A DNA stretch of 32,000 nt from Candidatus Saccharimonadota bacterium (lineage in GTDB: Bacteria; Patescibacteriota; Saccharimonadia; Saccharimonadales; UBA4665), in assembly GCA_963716945.1 (NCBI GenBank), contig OY970322.1:780001-812000 (forward strand), given 5' to 3'. This document shows positions 10,902 through 19,531 of the stretch, piece after piece (the stretch's first letter is position 1; the number at the start of each line of letters is the position of its first letter). The translations under genes and the position numbers were made by a program. The notes under the pieces were generated by a model. The model was not told the DNA's origin. It did not search any database and saw nothing but the letters and a program-made list of their open reading frames with translations.

Positions 10902-12938
10902 TTAGTTGAGGTTGGTGACAGCCCGCAGGCGGTTTACGTTTTGCATCAGTTGCTTATAGTGTAGCAAATTTTCGCCGCTGTCGAGCAGCGCGGCAGCGGC
11001 GTTCCGCGCGGCGCCGATTAGCTTGGTATCCGTAAGTTTGGCAATCCTGAGGTCCAGCTGGCCGTGCTGGTAGGTGCCGTAAATAGCGCCCGGCCCGCGC
11101 AGCTCGAGGTCCAGTTCGGCCAGCCGGAAGCCGTCGTTAGAGCTTTCCAGCGCCCGCAGCCGCCGGCCCGGCGCCGACGAGTCGCGCAGCATCAGGTAGC
11201 AGTAGCCTTGGTCGGTGCCGCGGCCGATCCGGCCGCGCAGCTGGTGCAGCTGGGCCAGGCCGAAGCGCTCGGCGTCTTCAATCAGCATAATGCCGGCATT
11301 CGGCACGTCGACGCCGACTTCGATAACTGTTGTAGAAACTAATACATCTAGTTCGTGGCGCACGAACCGCCGCATGACGGCCTGTTTCTCAGCCGGTTTG
11401 AGCTTGCCGTGGAGCAGGCCGACGCGGCGGTGCCGGAAGTCTTTGCTGCTGAGTTGCTCGTAAATTTTCTCGGCTGAGGCCAGCTCCAGCGCCGCCGAGT
11501 CACTAATCAAGGGGCAAACGACGTACAGCTGGCGGCCGCGCTCCAGCTGGCTGTCGATTTCGGCATACAGTTGGGCCCGCGAGTTGGGCGAAACGATTTT
11601 GGTAATGACGGGCTGGCGGCCGGGCGGCTTGGCATTGAGGATAGAGATGTCTAGTTCACCGTACAGGGTCAAGGCTAATGACCGCGGTATCGGCGTGGCC
11701 GTCAGGCTGAGGACGTGCGGCATGTGGCCGGCTTTGGCCATCAGGGTCTTGCGCTGCTCAACGCCGAAGCGGTGCTGCTCATCGATAATAACCAGGGCCA
11801 GCTTGTGCATGTCGACCTGCTCCTGGATGAGGGCGTGGGTGCCGATTATGAAACGGGCGCGGCCGCTCTTGATATCGGCGCGGGCCGCAGCCTTCTGGTC
11901 CGGTTTGAGGCTGCCGACCAGCAGGCTGACCAGGCCGGCGCGGCCCAGCGGCCGCAGCAAGTCATAAAGCGTATCGGCATGCTGGCGGGCCAGCAGCTCG
12001 GTCGGTGCCATCAGGGCGACTTGCCAGCCCTGCTCCAAAGCCATCAGCGCCGCCATGGCGGCGACCACCGTCTTGCCCGAACCGACATCGCCTTCTATCA
12101 GCCGGTTCATCGGCTGGGGTTTTTCGAGGTCCTTGTAGACGCGCATGGTCGCCAGGCGCTGAGTGTCGGTCAGCTTGAACGGCAAGGCCTTGGCGAACCT
12201 GATGGCCGCAGCCTCGTCGTAAGCCACTTTGACCGAGTGTTCGGATTGGTTTTCGCGTTTATTCAGCAAGCTGGCCAGACTAAGCCGGAAGACCTCTTCG
12301 AAGCCCAAACGGCGCCGGGCAGCCGCCAGCTCATCGGCCGATCGTGGCGCGTGGATGGCGGACAGGGCCTCGGCCCGGCTGATCAGGCCCTCTTCCTTGA
12401 CGATCCGGGCGGGCAGCGACTCCTTGGTCTTGGCAATCAGCGGTCCGATCTGGGCTACGGCCAGACGGATTTGGCGCGAGGTCAAGCCTTTGGTTTCCCG
12501 GTAAACGGCCAATATCCGGGCCGTGTTCAGCGGGAAGTCACTGACCATCTCGACAGCCGGGTTCATAATTACCAAACGCCGGTAGCTAAGCTCGTACTTA
12601 CCGGAGATGAAGTAGCTCCGGCCCGGTTTAAGCGCCGCCGCGCGGTAGGGCTGGTTGAACCAGACCAGCCGGATACTGCCGCTGGCGTCGCTGGCTACGG
12701 CCTCGGTTACATGCAGGCCGCGCCGGACATAGCGGCCCGCGGCCTGCTTGATAGCGGCTTCGATGGTCACGGCGCCGGGGCGCAAGCCGGCAATCGGGGT
12801 CACTTCCGAGAAATCATCATAACGCCTGGGGTAATAATCAGCCAGGTCGCCGACGGTCTTAAGGCCGAGAATGGCGAACTTCTTAGCCTGCTCCTCGCCT
12901 ACCCCCTTGAGTTCGGTCAGCGGACTGCTCAATGTCAT
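10902..12938 (-). CDS. recG: ATP-dependent DNA helicase RecG
   Basis: 678 aa. The N-terminal wedge domain is followed by helicase motifs: GDVGSGKT (Walker A), DEQHRFG, LTATPIPR and QLHQLRGRIGRG. Confidence 0.95.
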   Translation of the reverse strand: MTLSSPLTELKGVGEEQAKKFAILGLKTVGDLADYYPRRYDDFSEVTPIAGLRPGAVTIEAAIKQAAGRYVRRGLHVTEAVASDASGSIRLVWFNQPYRAAALKPGRSYFISGKYELSYRRLVIMNPAVEMVSDFPLNTARILAVYRETKGLTSRQIRLAVAQIGPLIAKTKESLPARIVKEEGLISRAEALSAIHAPRSADELAAARRRLGFEEVFRLSLASLLNKRENQSEHSVKVAYDEAAAIRFAKALPFKLTDTQRLATMRVYKDLEKPQPMNRLIEGDVGSGKTVVAAMAALMALEQGWQVALMAPTELLARQHADTLYDLLRPLGRAGLVSLLVGSLKPDQKAAARADIKSGRARFIIGTHALIQEQVDMHKLALVIIDEQHRFGVEQRKTLMAKAGHMPHVLSLTATPIPRSLALTLYGELDISILNAKPPGRQPVITKIVSPNSRAQLYAEIDSQLERGRQLYVVCPLISDSAALELASAEKIYEQLSSKDFRHRRVGLLHGKLKPAEKQAVMRRFVRHELDVLVSTTVIEVGVDVPNAGIMLIEDAERFGLAQLHQLRGRIGRGTDQGYCYLMLRDSSAPGRRLRALESSNDGFRLAELDLELRGPGAIYGTYQHGQLDLRIAKLTDTKLIGAARNAAAALLDSGENLLHYKQLMQNVNRLRAVTNLN

Positions 12939-12944
12939 ATGACC

Positions 12945-12950
12945 AGTATA
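12945..12950 (-). promoter_or_regulatory. Candidate -10 box TATACT, 6 nt upstream of the recG ATG (leaderless geometry)
   Basis: The minus strand reads TATACT-GGTCAT-ATG in the 20-nt gap after the upstream stop codon. No -35 box was identified. Confidence 0.3.
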
Positions 12951-12958
12951 CGAGACGG

Positions 12959-14047
12959 CTAGAAGTCCTCGGCTAACTTGTAGGCTTCGCGGTAGCGTTG
13001 CTTGAGGTCGAAATACCTGTCCCGGTAGCTCAGCCAGAACTCCTGGTAGCGCTCTTTGGGAATAAATTCATAGATATACTCCATATCGGGTCGGAGCTTT
13101 TCGTAACCGTCATAGAAGCCCATCGCTTCCCCGTTCTCGTAAGTAACTTCAGCCAGCTCAAGCTTGTTGTTGCCATATGACCGGAAATAGCCATTGTACG
13201 GTACCGGCGCGTGCGGTTCAGTCTCAACAATTAGCCGCATATTGTCTTTATAAATAACCTCTCTGTCGAAAACCAGTTCGGCAATATCCTGTAAAACGCC
13301 GAAAGCCAGGTCGCGGATAGCGTTGAAGGCTTTTTCGGTGGGACCGCCGACAGTCAGATAGCCGACCGGATGGTGGATGTAATTGCCCTCGAAATTAATG
13401 TCGGCCATCAGGAACAGATGGACTACGGCATATTTGAAGGCATCGGTTAAGTCCTGGTCCTGCGAACTTAGGAAAGCTTTGGCCTCGGGGGAAAGCTTGT
13501 CGCCACCGAAGAGATGCGGACGTTTATATTTAGCCAGCGTCAGCTTGAGATCTTCGATTTGCTCCGGGTAACGCCGTTCGAGTATTCTCCATAACAGCAT
13601 AAGCTTATCATCGGACACTTTAATCGGATCCTGGCCGACGATATATTCGATAATTGAGAAGTTATCCGGGAAGAACGTTTCAAAAAAGGCCCGCAAGAAA
13701 TCAAGCTTCAGGTAATTGTTAATCATCATGATGATCTTTTGGCGGTCGTCTTGGGCGTTCCACCGCAGAGCCATATTGAGGCCGCTAACTATGAACATAC
13801 GGGGCCGCTTGGGCTGCTTGCCGGCCACCGTTACAAGGGGCAGGAAATAGCTGGGTAGGCGGGCATTAAGCTTAGCGTCAAGGTCTCCCTCGAGCAGGTT
13901 TTTCTTGGAAAACCTGAAAGCAGGCTCGTTGAAAGCAATTAAAAAATCCCGGCCCCCGATATCCCATTTATGGCTGTTGAGTTTTTGCCTTGAAACGACG
14001 ATATCTTTCTTGGAAGCGCGGCTGGATTTGAACGGATTGGGCGACAT
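12959..14047 (-). CDS. Hypothetical protein (362 aa), orphan, markedly lower GC than the flanks
   Basis: A long uninterrupted ORF with its own extended -10 promoter. Sampled 60-nt lines give 35-45% GC, against 65-72% in adjacent recG. I recognise no motif in it. Confidence 0.7.
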   Translation of the reverse strand: MSPNPFKSSRASKKDIVVSRQKLNSHKWDIGGRDFLIAFNEPAFRFSKKNLLEGDLDAKLNARLPSYFLPLVTVAGKQPKRPRMFIVSGLNMALRWNAQDDRQKIIMMINNYLKLDFLRAFFETFFPDNFSIIEYIVGQDPIKVSDDKLMLLWRILERRYPEQIEDLKLTLAKYKRPHLFGGDKLSPEAKAFLSSQDQDLTDAFKYAVVHLFLMADINFEGNYIHHPVGYLTVGGPTEKAFNAIRDLAFGVLQDIAELVFDREVIYKDNMRLIVETEPHAPVPYNGYFRSYGNNKLELAEVTYENGEAMGFYDGYEKLRPDMEYIYEFIPKERYQEFWLSYRDRYFDLKQRYREAYKLAEDF

Positions 14048-14080
14048 GGATAATTTGGCAAGGCTAATAGACTACTTGAA

Positions 14081-14089
14081 ATTGTAGCA
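14081..14089 (-). promoter_or_regulatory. Extended -10 promoter element TGCTACAAT upstream of the 362-aa orphan
   Basis: The minus strand reads gagTGCTACAAT, followed by a 33-nt leader to the ATG at 14047. Confidence 0.4.
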
Positions 14090-14110
14090 CTCGAGCCCGA
14101 TCTTAGATAG

Positions 14111-14920
14111 CTAACGGGCTTTGCGGACCAGGAAGAAGATGCTCGGACCGAAATAAATGCCGGCCAGCGGCCGCTGCATCATGCGCTCGGCCCCGAGCAT
14201 AACTTCGCGTGGCATGAGTTGCTTAAGCCGGACACTGCGCAAGTTGGAGACCGAGAGCTTGGTTTCGACGCGCAGACCGGCGTGTTCGAGCTGGCGGACG
14301 ACCGTGTACGGGTTGTGGTTGACGAAAGGAATCTCGTCGTCGCGGCGGTTGGCGACTGAGCGGATATCGACCGGTTTGACCGGCATCCGCCGATGGCGAG
14401 CGAGGTGCTTGATGCGGTTACGGATATGCAAGTAGTTGGCGACTTCGATGATGGCGCAGCCGTCGTCGGCCAGCACGCGGCTGATTTCCCGGAACTCGGC
14501 GGCCGGGTCCGGCAGGTGGTGCATGACGCGGATCATAGTCAGCAAGCCGATGCTGCCGTCTTTGAAAGGCAGGTCGTCGGCCTGGACCAGCCGGCGGTCG
14601 ATTTCGGGGTGGTCTTTCAGGAAGTCGGCCGCTATATCAAGCTGCTGCTGGCTGGGTTCGGCCAGCGTAACTTTGTCGGCGTAGTTTTCGAGCAGCAGGC
14701 AAAGCCGGCCGTAGCCGCCGCCGACATCGACGGCCGAGTCAAAGTGCTTGCCGCGGAGCAGCCGGCGAATGGCAATCCGTTCGGCCTGGTTCTCGTATTC
14801 GCGGCCATCCCAATAACGCAGGTAATTATGCTTGGGGTCGTTGTACTGGTCAGCCCGGCGCTTATGGGCGGCCGGCGCTTTGGGGCTGGGTTTAGGCGAT
14901 GGACGGTCGGTCTTGGGCAT
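14111..14920 (-). CDS. Class I SAM-dependent methyltransferase (substrate unknown)
   Basis: 269 aa with motif I VDVGGGYGRL and an acidic motif II/post-I. The N-terminus is basic and Pro/Lys-rich. Confidence 0.8.
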   Translation of the reverse strand: MPKTDRPSPKPSPKAPAAHKRRADQYNDPKHNYLRYWDGREYENQAERIAIRRLLRGKHFDSAVDVGGGYGRLCLLLENYADKVTLAEPSQQQLDIAADFLKDHPEIDRRLVQADDLPFKDGSIGLLTMIRVMHHLPDPAAEFREISRVLADDGCAIIEVANYLHIRNRIKHLARHRRMPVKPVDIRSVANRRDDEIPFVNHNPYTVVRQLEHAGLRVETKLSVSNLRSVRLKQLMPREVMLGAERMMQRPLAGIYFGPSIFFLVRKAR

Positions 14921-14929
14921 AACCGAACT

Positions 14930-14938
14930 AGTATAGCA
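14930..14938 (-). promoter_or_regulatory. Extended -10 element TGCTATACT, 9 nt upstream of the methyltransferase ATG
   Basis: The minus strand reads TGCTATACT-AGTTCGGTT-ATG. There is no SD. Confidence 0.4.
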
Positions 14939-14970
14939 AGCCGGACCGGAATCGGTATACCGGCTGGCGT

Positions 14971-16221
14971 TTAATCGCTGAATTTCAGAATGGCGTTATT
15001 ATTTTTGCCCCGGCGAACCATGACGGCGCTGCGCGACCGGCTGTCGAAGTGAAAGTCGCCGGGCATTTTCTGGTTGTTGATATAGATCGCGCCGCTGCCG
15101 AGGAACTGGCGGGCTTCGGTTTTGGACGAAGCCAGCCCGGTCTCGACTAGGGCGCTTATCAGGTCGTCTTGGGAAATGGCTTTGGGCACGCGGGCGGCCG
15201 GCAGTTCCTTTTCCAGATCCTTGAACTCGGCCTCCCCCAGCTCCAGCGCGTCTTCGCCGCCGAACAGAACCTTGGCTATGCGCTGCTGGGCTTCGGCCGC
15301 CGCCTGGCCGTGGACCAGCTTAGTGGCTTCGAAGGCCAGCGTTTTTTGGGCCAGGCGGGCGCCGCGCTTATCGTTGAACTCGCCCATAATCCGGTCGATT
15401 TCGGCCTTGTCCAGCTCGGTGAAGACTTTCAGGTAGCTCTCGACGCCTTCGTCATCAACGTTGAGCCAGAACTGGTAGAACTGGTAAACGCTGGTTTTGG
15501 CGGGGTCGAGCCAGACGGCGCCGGCTTCGCTTTTGCCGAATTTTTGGCCGGTCGACTGGTTAATGACCAGCGGCACCGAGTAAACATGGGCCTCGCCGCC
15601 GGCCACGCGCCGGATCAGGTCGACGCCGGCAATACTGTTACCCCATTGATCCGAACCGCAAACCTGCAGCGTAACGCCGTGGTCCTGGTATAGCCGCAGG
15701 AAATCATAGGCCTGGATCAGGACATAACTGAATTCGGCGTAGCTGATGCCGGCGCCGTGTTCGCCAAGCCGGGCTTGCACGAAATCGCGTGCCAGCATCT
15801 GGCGCAGCGGCACGTGCTTGCCGGTATCGCGCAGGAAATCCAAGTAACCCATGCCCTTGAACCAATCGTAATTATCGACTAGCCGGAAGTGGCTGCCGCC
15901 GAAGATCCGGCTGTATTGGGCGGCGATGGTTTGCTTGTTGGCCGCGATTTCTTCAGGAGATTTGAGGCTGCGCTCGCTGCTTTTGCCGTCGGGATCGCCG
16001 ATCAAGCCGGTAGCACCGCCGACCAGCAGGACGGCTTGGTGGCCGTGCTTAATGAAGCACTTGACCATCATGGCGGCCGCCAGGTTGCCGATCGTCATCG
16101 AATCGGCGCTGGGGTCGACGCCCCAATAAAAAGTGATCGGGCCGCCGTCAAGGGCCGTCATATCTTTGTAAGTCGTTTGGTTGACCAGGCCCCGCCAGAC
16201 AAGTTCTTCCGACAGCGTCAT
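14971..16221 (-). CDS. tyrS: Tyrosine--tRNA ligase (bacterial type with C-terminal S4-like domain)
   Basis: 416 aa, colinear with bacterial TyrRS: GVDPSADS.., LVGGATGLIGDP, GSDQWGN, KFGKS (KMSKS equivalent), and an S4-like C-terminus. The HIGH position reads TIGN. Confidence 0.93.
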   Translation of the reverse strand: MTLSEELVWRGLVNQTTYKDMTALDGGPITFYWGVDPSADSMTIGNLAAAMMVKCFIKHGHQAVLLVGGATGLIGDPDGKSSERSLKSPEEIAANKQTIAAQYSRIFGGSHFRLVDNYDWFKGMGYLDFLRDTGKHVPLRQMLARDFVQARLGEHGAGISYAEFSYVLIQAYDFLRLYQDHGVTLQVCGSDQWGNSIAGVDLIRRVAGGEAHVYSVPLVINQSTGQKFGKSEAGAVWLDPAKTSVYQFYQFWLNVDDEGVESYLKVFTELDKAEIDRIMGEFNDKRGARLAQKTLAFEATKLVHGQAAAEAQQRIAKVLFGGEDALELGEAEFKDLEKELPAARVPKAISQDDLISALVETGLASSKTEARQFLGSGAIYINNQKMPGDFHFDSRSRSAVMVRRGKNNNAILKFSD

Positions 16222-16256
16222 AGGTGTGCTCTGGGTGTCTTAAGCATTCTTTAATA

Positions 16257-16262
16257 AGTATA
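16257..16262 (-). promoter_or_regulatory. Candidate -10 box TATACT upstream of tyrS (35-nt leader)
   Basis: The minus strand reads cgaTATACT in the tyrS/PBP divergent spacer. No clear -35 box was found. Confidence 0.3.
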
Positions 16263-16313
16263 TCGTAACCTGCGTTCAGCTATGAAAATTTATGCTTTTT
16301 ATTGGCCGGGCTT

Positions 16314-16322
16314 TGCTATAAT
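16314..16322 (+). promoter_or_regulatory. Extended -10 promoter TGCTATAAT for the PBP gene
   Basis: TGCTATAAT at 16314..16322, then a 38-nt leader containing GAGGGAG (16340..16346), then the ATG at 16361. Confidence 0.5.
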
Positions 16323-16360
16323 GGCCGTAGGTTTTTGATGAGGGAGACAGACAACTAACC

Positions 16361-19300
16361 ATGAGCAGAAGCATTGGCCACAACCGCCGATCAAAAGATA
16401 CGATTACTACCAAGAGCGGCAAAACCATCAAGCTGAACCGGTCCCTAAGCGACCGCGTCAAAGCTCGCAAAGCCGCCCGGTCGGCCGAGAAAGCCGCCTA
16501 CCTGGCTACCCTGCCTAAGGACCGCTTCCACCGCATTCTTTATCGCTTGCACCCCAAGCGTCTGGCGCACTATTGGTTCAGCCGCCAGGGCGGCATTATG
16601 GCGCTCAAGATTATCGGCGTTTCGATTGTCGTCGGCTTCTTCCTGACTATCGGCCTGTTCGCTTATTTCCGCAAAGACCTGCCAAAGATTAAAGATTTGT
16701 CCGGTGACAGCCTTGGCGGCACGACCACTTATTACGACCGGACCGGCAAAATCGTCTTATTCAACGATTACAACTCCGTCAAACGCGTGCCGGTAGCCAG
16801 CAACGATATCTCTAACTATATGAAAGAGGCCACGGTTGCGACCGAGGACAAGGACTTCTACAAGCATGGGGCTTTCGACGTCCGGGGCATCATGCGCGCC
16901 GCCTATCACGACGCGACCGGTAGCGGCGGCGCCGTCCAGGGCGGTTCGACCATCACCCAGCAGCTCGTCAAGCTTAACGAGAACTGGACGACTAACCGGA
17001 CTATTACCCGCAAGGTTAAGGAACTGATTCTGGCCGTCGAGCTGGAGCGCGAGTACTCCAAAGACGATATCCTGACCGGCTACCTGAACATCGCGCCGTA
17101 CGGCGGCGTCGACTACGGAGTACAGGCGGCGGCTGAGGACTACTTCCAGACCGATGCGGCACACCTGACGCTGGCCGAGGCGGCGATGCTGGCGGCTATT
17201 CCGCAATCGCCGAGTTATTACTCGCCTTATGCCGGCAGCCAGTTTAACTCGGCCGTCACCGAGCCGACTTTTAGCGCCTCGGCCCTGATTACCCGCCAGC
17301 ATTACGTTTTGGACCAAATGGCTACCCAGGGTTACATTACCAAGCAGCAGGCGGCAGCGGCCGAAAAGGTCAATATACTGGCCCTGGTTCACCCCGAATC
17401 CGCCAAGTACCAGGACATCAAGGCACCTTACTTTGTGTTGGCAGCCAAGCAGCAGCTGGAAGACCAGTATGGCAGCACCGTCGTCAACCGCGGCGGCTGG
17501 AAAGTCATTACCACGCTTGACATGAACCTCCAGACCAAGGACGAACAGCTGGTAGCCAGCAACCTGCCCAACATCCAGCGGCGTACGGCCGGGCTGGCCG
17601 ACGAGGAGGCCAACGTGACGGAAAACGTCCAGACAGGGCAAATAGTGGCCCTTGTCGGCGGTGTCAATTTCAACGATCCGGACCACGGGGCAATTAACTA
17701 TGCGGCCTCGGTGCCGATACCGCCGGGTTCGAGTTTCAAGCCTTACGATTACGTGACCTTGATTAATAACAATAATAATGTCGGTGCCGGGTCGGTGCTA
17801 TATGATACCGAGGGACCGTTACCGGGCTATCCCTGTACCAACAAGACTAATAAGACCGGCAACTGCCTGCAAGACTACGACTTCCTGCAACCGGGCCCGA
17901 TAACCTTGCGCTACGCCTTGGGCGGCTCGCGTAACATTCCGGCCGTCAAGGCCATGCTCGAGGCCAAACCAAATGACACCAGCAACGGCCGCGTCGCCTC
18001 GATTAACTCAGTCATTTCGACGGCTTCGGCCATGATGGACAACACTTACCTGCAGAGCCAGCACCAGAGCGCCTACAACTGTTACCAGCCGGGCATTGAC
18101 ATCAATAACGCCACGCCGGCCGACACGACCCAGTGCTACGCCTCTTCGGCTATCGGCGACGGCGGCTTCCTGCACCTGGACGACCACGTTAACGGCTTGT
18201 CGACTTTGGCCCGTGAAGGCGCCGCCATCCCGCGCACCTTCATCCTTAATATTACCGACGGGGCCGGCAAAACCGTTTACCAATGGAAGCAACCGGTGCC
18301 TAAGCAAGCCGTCAAACAGGATGCCGCCTACATCATCGACAACATGGCCTCCGACCCCAACGCCAGCTACCTGCCGGGCAGCTGTAGCGCCACCACTTGC
18401 CGGCTGGATCCGGCCGATGGCGACAAATTCCAGCGCTACAACGGATGGGATTTCGCCGTCAAGACCGGAACTACCGACAACGGTTTTGACGGCCTGATGA
18501 CCAGCTGGTCGACGCAATACGCCACCGTCAGCTGGGTCGGCAACCACACTCGCAACGTTGACATCTCCGAGATTACCGGCACGCCGATGGAGCAGCTGAC
18601 CGAACCGATAACCGAAGGCATGATGGTGGCCGCCCACGCCGGCCTTAAGCCGGTCAACTGGACCGCGCCCAAGGATATCAAGACGGCGCCGGCTTTCGTC
18701 GTCCGCAACCACATCCATTATGGCGATGTCGAGCCTAGCCCTAGCGAGGATATTTACCCGTCCTGGTATGTCGGCGGCGGTAGCGGCAAGGCCAGTTCCC
18801 AGACGATCGACCGGGTTTCCGGCAAACTGGCTACCAGCTGTACGCCGGCGGCGGCCAAAGAAGTTATTTCCAACGGCAACGTCGCTTCCTGGAATATCGA
18901 TATCTTCGTTAACCACGGCGTGCCTAATATCGGCTCGGCGACCAGCGGCGTCACCAGCACTTCGTCTTCGGCGACCGACGATGTCCATAACTGCAACGAC
19001 AGCCCGCCGACCGTAACGCTGACGGCTCCGGGTAGCTGCCCCAGCACCGGCTGTACTATCACGGCTACGGTTACCCAGGGTACGCACGCCCTAAGCGACC
19101 CCCAATATCCGCAAGACCCCGGCAAAGTCGTGTTTACGCTCAACGGCCAGGTCATCCACTCCGAGGATGTCAGCGATTCGCCCAGCACCGTGTCGTTCAA
19201 CTATAAGCCGACATCGAGCGGCAGCGGCACCCTGACCGCCACCGTGACCGACAGCGTGCTGTACACGGGCAGCCAAAGCACGCCGTTCAGCTTCACTGCC

Positions 19301-19516
19301 GGCAGCCCGATTACGGCCAATGTTGGTGCCAGCGGCTCCAGCGCGGTCGTCTCCTGGAGCGGCGGCAGCGGCAGCTTCACCGTTACCGACAATGGCGGCA
19401 ATACGGGCTGCACGAACAGCGGGTGCACCATAAGCTTGGTTACTGGCAATAATACGATAGTCGTCCAGGACAGCGACGGTGACAGTTCAAGCCCGATTAC
19501 GGTCAGCGGTTCATAA
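16361..19516 (+). CDS. Class A penicillin-binding protein (glycosyltransferase GT51 plus transpeptidase) with basic N-terminal tail and Ser/Thr/Gly-rich C-terminal repeat domains
   Basis: 1051 aa. GT51 motifs are EDKDFYKHGAFD and GGSTITQQLVK. Transpeptidase motifs are SSFK (SxxK), SRN (SxN) and KTGTT (KTG). There is a single TM helix near aa 80-100. Confidence 0.9.
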   Translation: MSRSIGHNRRSKDTITTKSGKTIKLNRSLSDRVKARKAARSAEKAAYLATLPKDRFHRILYRLHPKRLAHYWFSRQGGIMALKIIGVSIVVGFFLTIGLFAYFRKDLPKIKDLSGDSLGGTTTYYDRTGKIVLFNDYNSVKRVPVASNDISNYMKEATVATEDKDFYKHGAFDVRGIMRAAYHDATGSGGAVQGGSTITQQLVKLNENWTTNRTITRKVKELILAVELEREYSKDDILTGYLNIAPYGGVDYGVQAAAEDYFQTDAAHLTLAEAAMLAAIPQSPSYYSPYAGSQFNSAVTEPTFSASALITRQHYVLDQMATQGYITKQQAAAAEKVNILALVHPESAKYQDIKAPYFVLAAKQQLEDQYGSTVVNRGGWKVITTLDMNLQTKDEQLVASNLPNIQRRTAGLADEEANVTENVQTGQIVALVGGVNFNDPDHGAINYAASVPIPPGSSFKPYDYVTLINNNNNVGAGSVLYDTEGPLPGYPCTNKTNKTGNCLQDYDFLQPGPITLRYALGGSRNIPAVKAMLEAKPNDTSNGRVASINSVISTASAMMDNTYLQSQHQSAYNCYQPGIDINNATPADTTQCYASSAIGDGGFLHLDDHVNGLSTLAREGAAIPRTFILNITDGAGKTVYQWKQPVPKQAVKQDAAYIIDNMASDPNASYLPGSCSATTCRLDPADGDKFQRYNGWDFAVKTGTTDNGFDGLMTSWSTQYATVSWVGNHTRNVDISEITGTPMEQLTEPITEGMMVAAHAGLKPVNWTAPKDIKTAPAFVVRNHIHYGDVEPSPSEDIYPSWYVGGGSGKASSQTIDRVSGKLATSCTPAAAKEVISNGNVASWNIDIFVNHGVPNIGSATSGVTSTSSSATDDVHNCNDSPPTVTLTAPGSCPSTGCTITATVTQGTHALSDPQYPQDPGKVVFTLNGQVIHSEDVSDSPSTVSFNYKPTSSGSGTLTATVTDSVLYTGSQSTPFSFTAGSPITANVGASGSSAVVSWSGGSGSFTVTDNGGNTGCTNSGCTISLVTGNNTIVVQDSDGDSSSPITVSGS

Positions 19517-19531
19517 AGCCGAAGCCACGGT

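Noticed and set aside
11715-12962. Very long ORFs antisense to real genes. The examples are 415 aa opposite recG, 484 aa (22655..24109) opposite clpC and 364 aa (25208..26302) opposite nusA. Others are 308 aa (27895..28821) opposite pepN, 309 and 359 aa opposite the PBP, and 244 to 255 aa opposite tig and the HEXXH gene.
   Set aside because: These are typical shadow ORFs of GC-rich coding sequence, where stop codons are depleted on the antisense strand. Their translations are low-complexity (Gly/Arg/Ala/Val-rich) with no motifs, while the sense-strand products are unambiguous conserved proteins.
14085-14092. CIRCE-like half sites: GAGTGCTA at the 362-aa orphan promoter and TTAGCACCC at 20907..20915 upstream of radA.
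   Set aside because: Each has only one arm and no matching partner arm at a 9-nt spacing. The resemblance is explained by the TGCTA extended -10 motif.
16222-16260. T-box or other riboswitch leader upstream of tyrS, and similarly upstream of hisS.
   Set aside because: The predicted leaders are only about 35 nt (tyrS) and about 0-10 nt (hisS). That is far too short for a T-box, and no specifier or antiterminator structure is visible.
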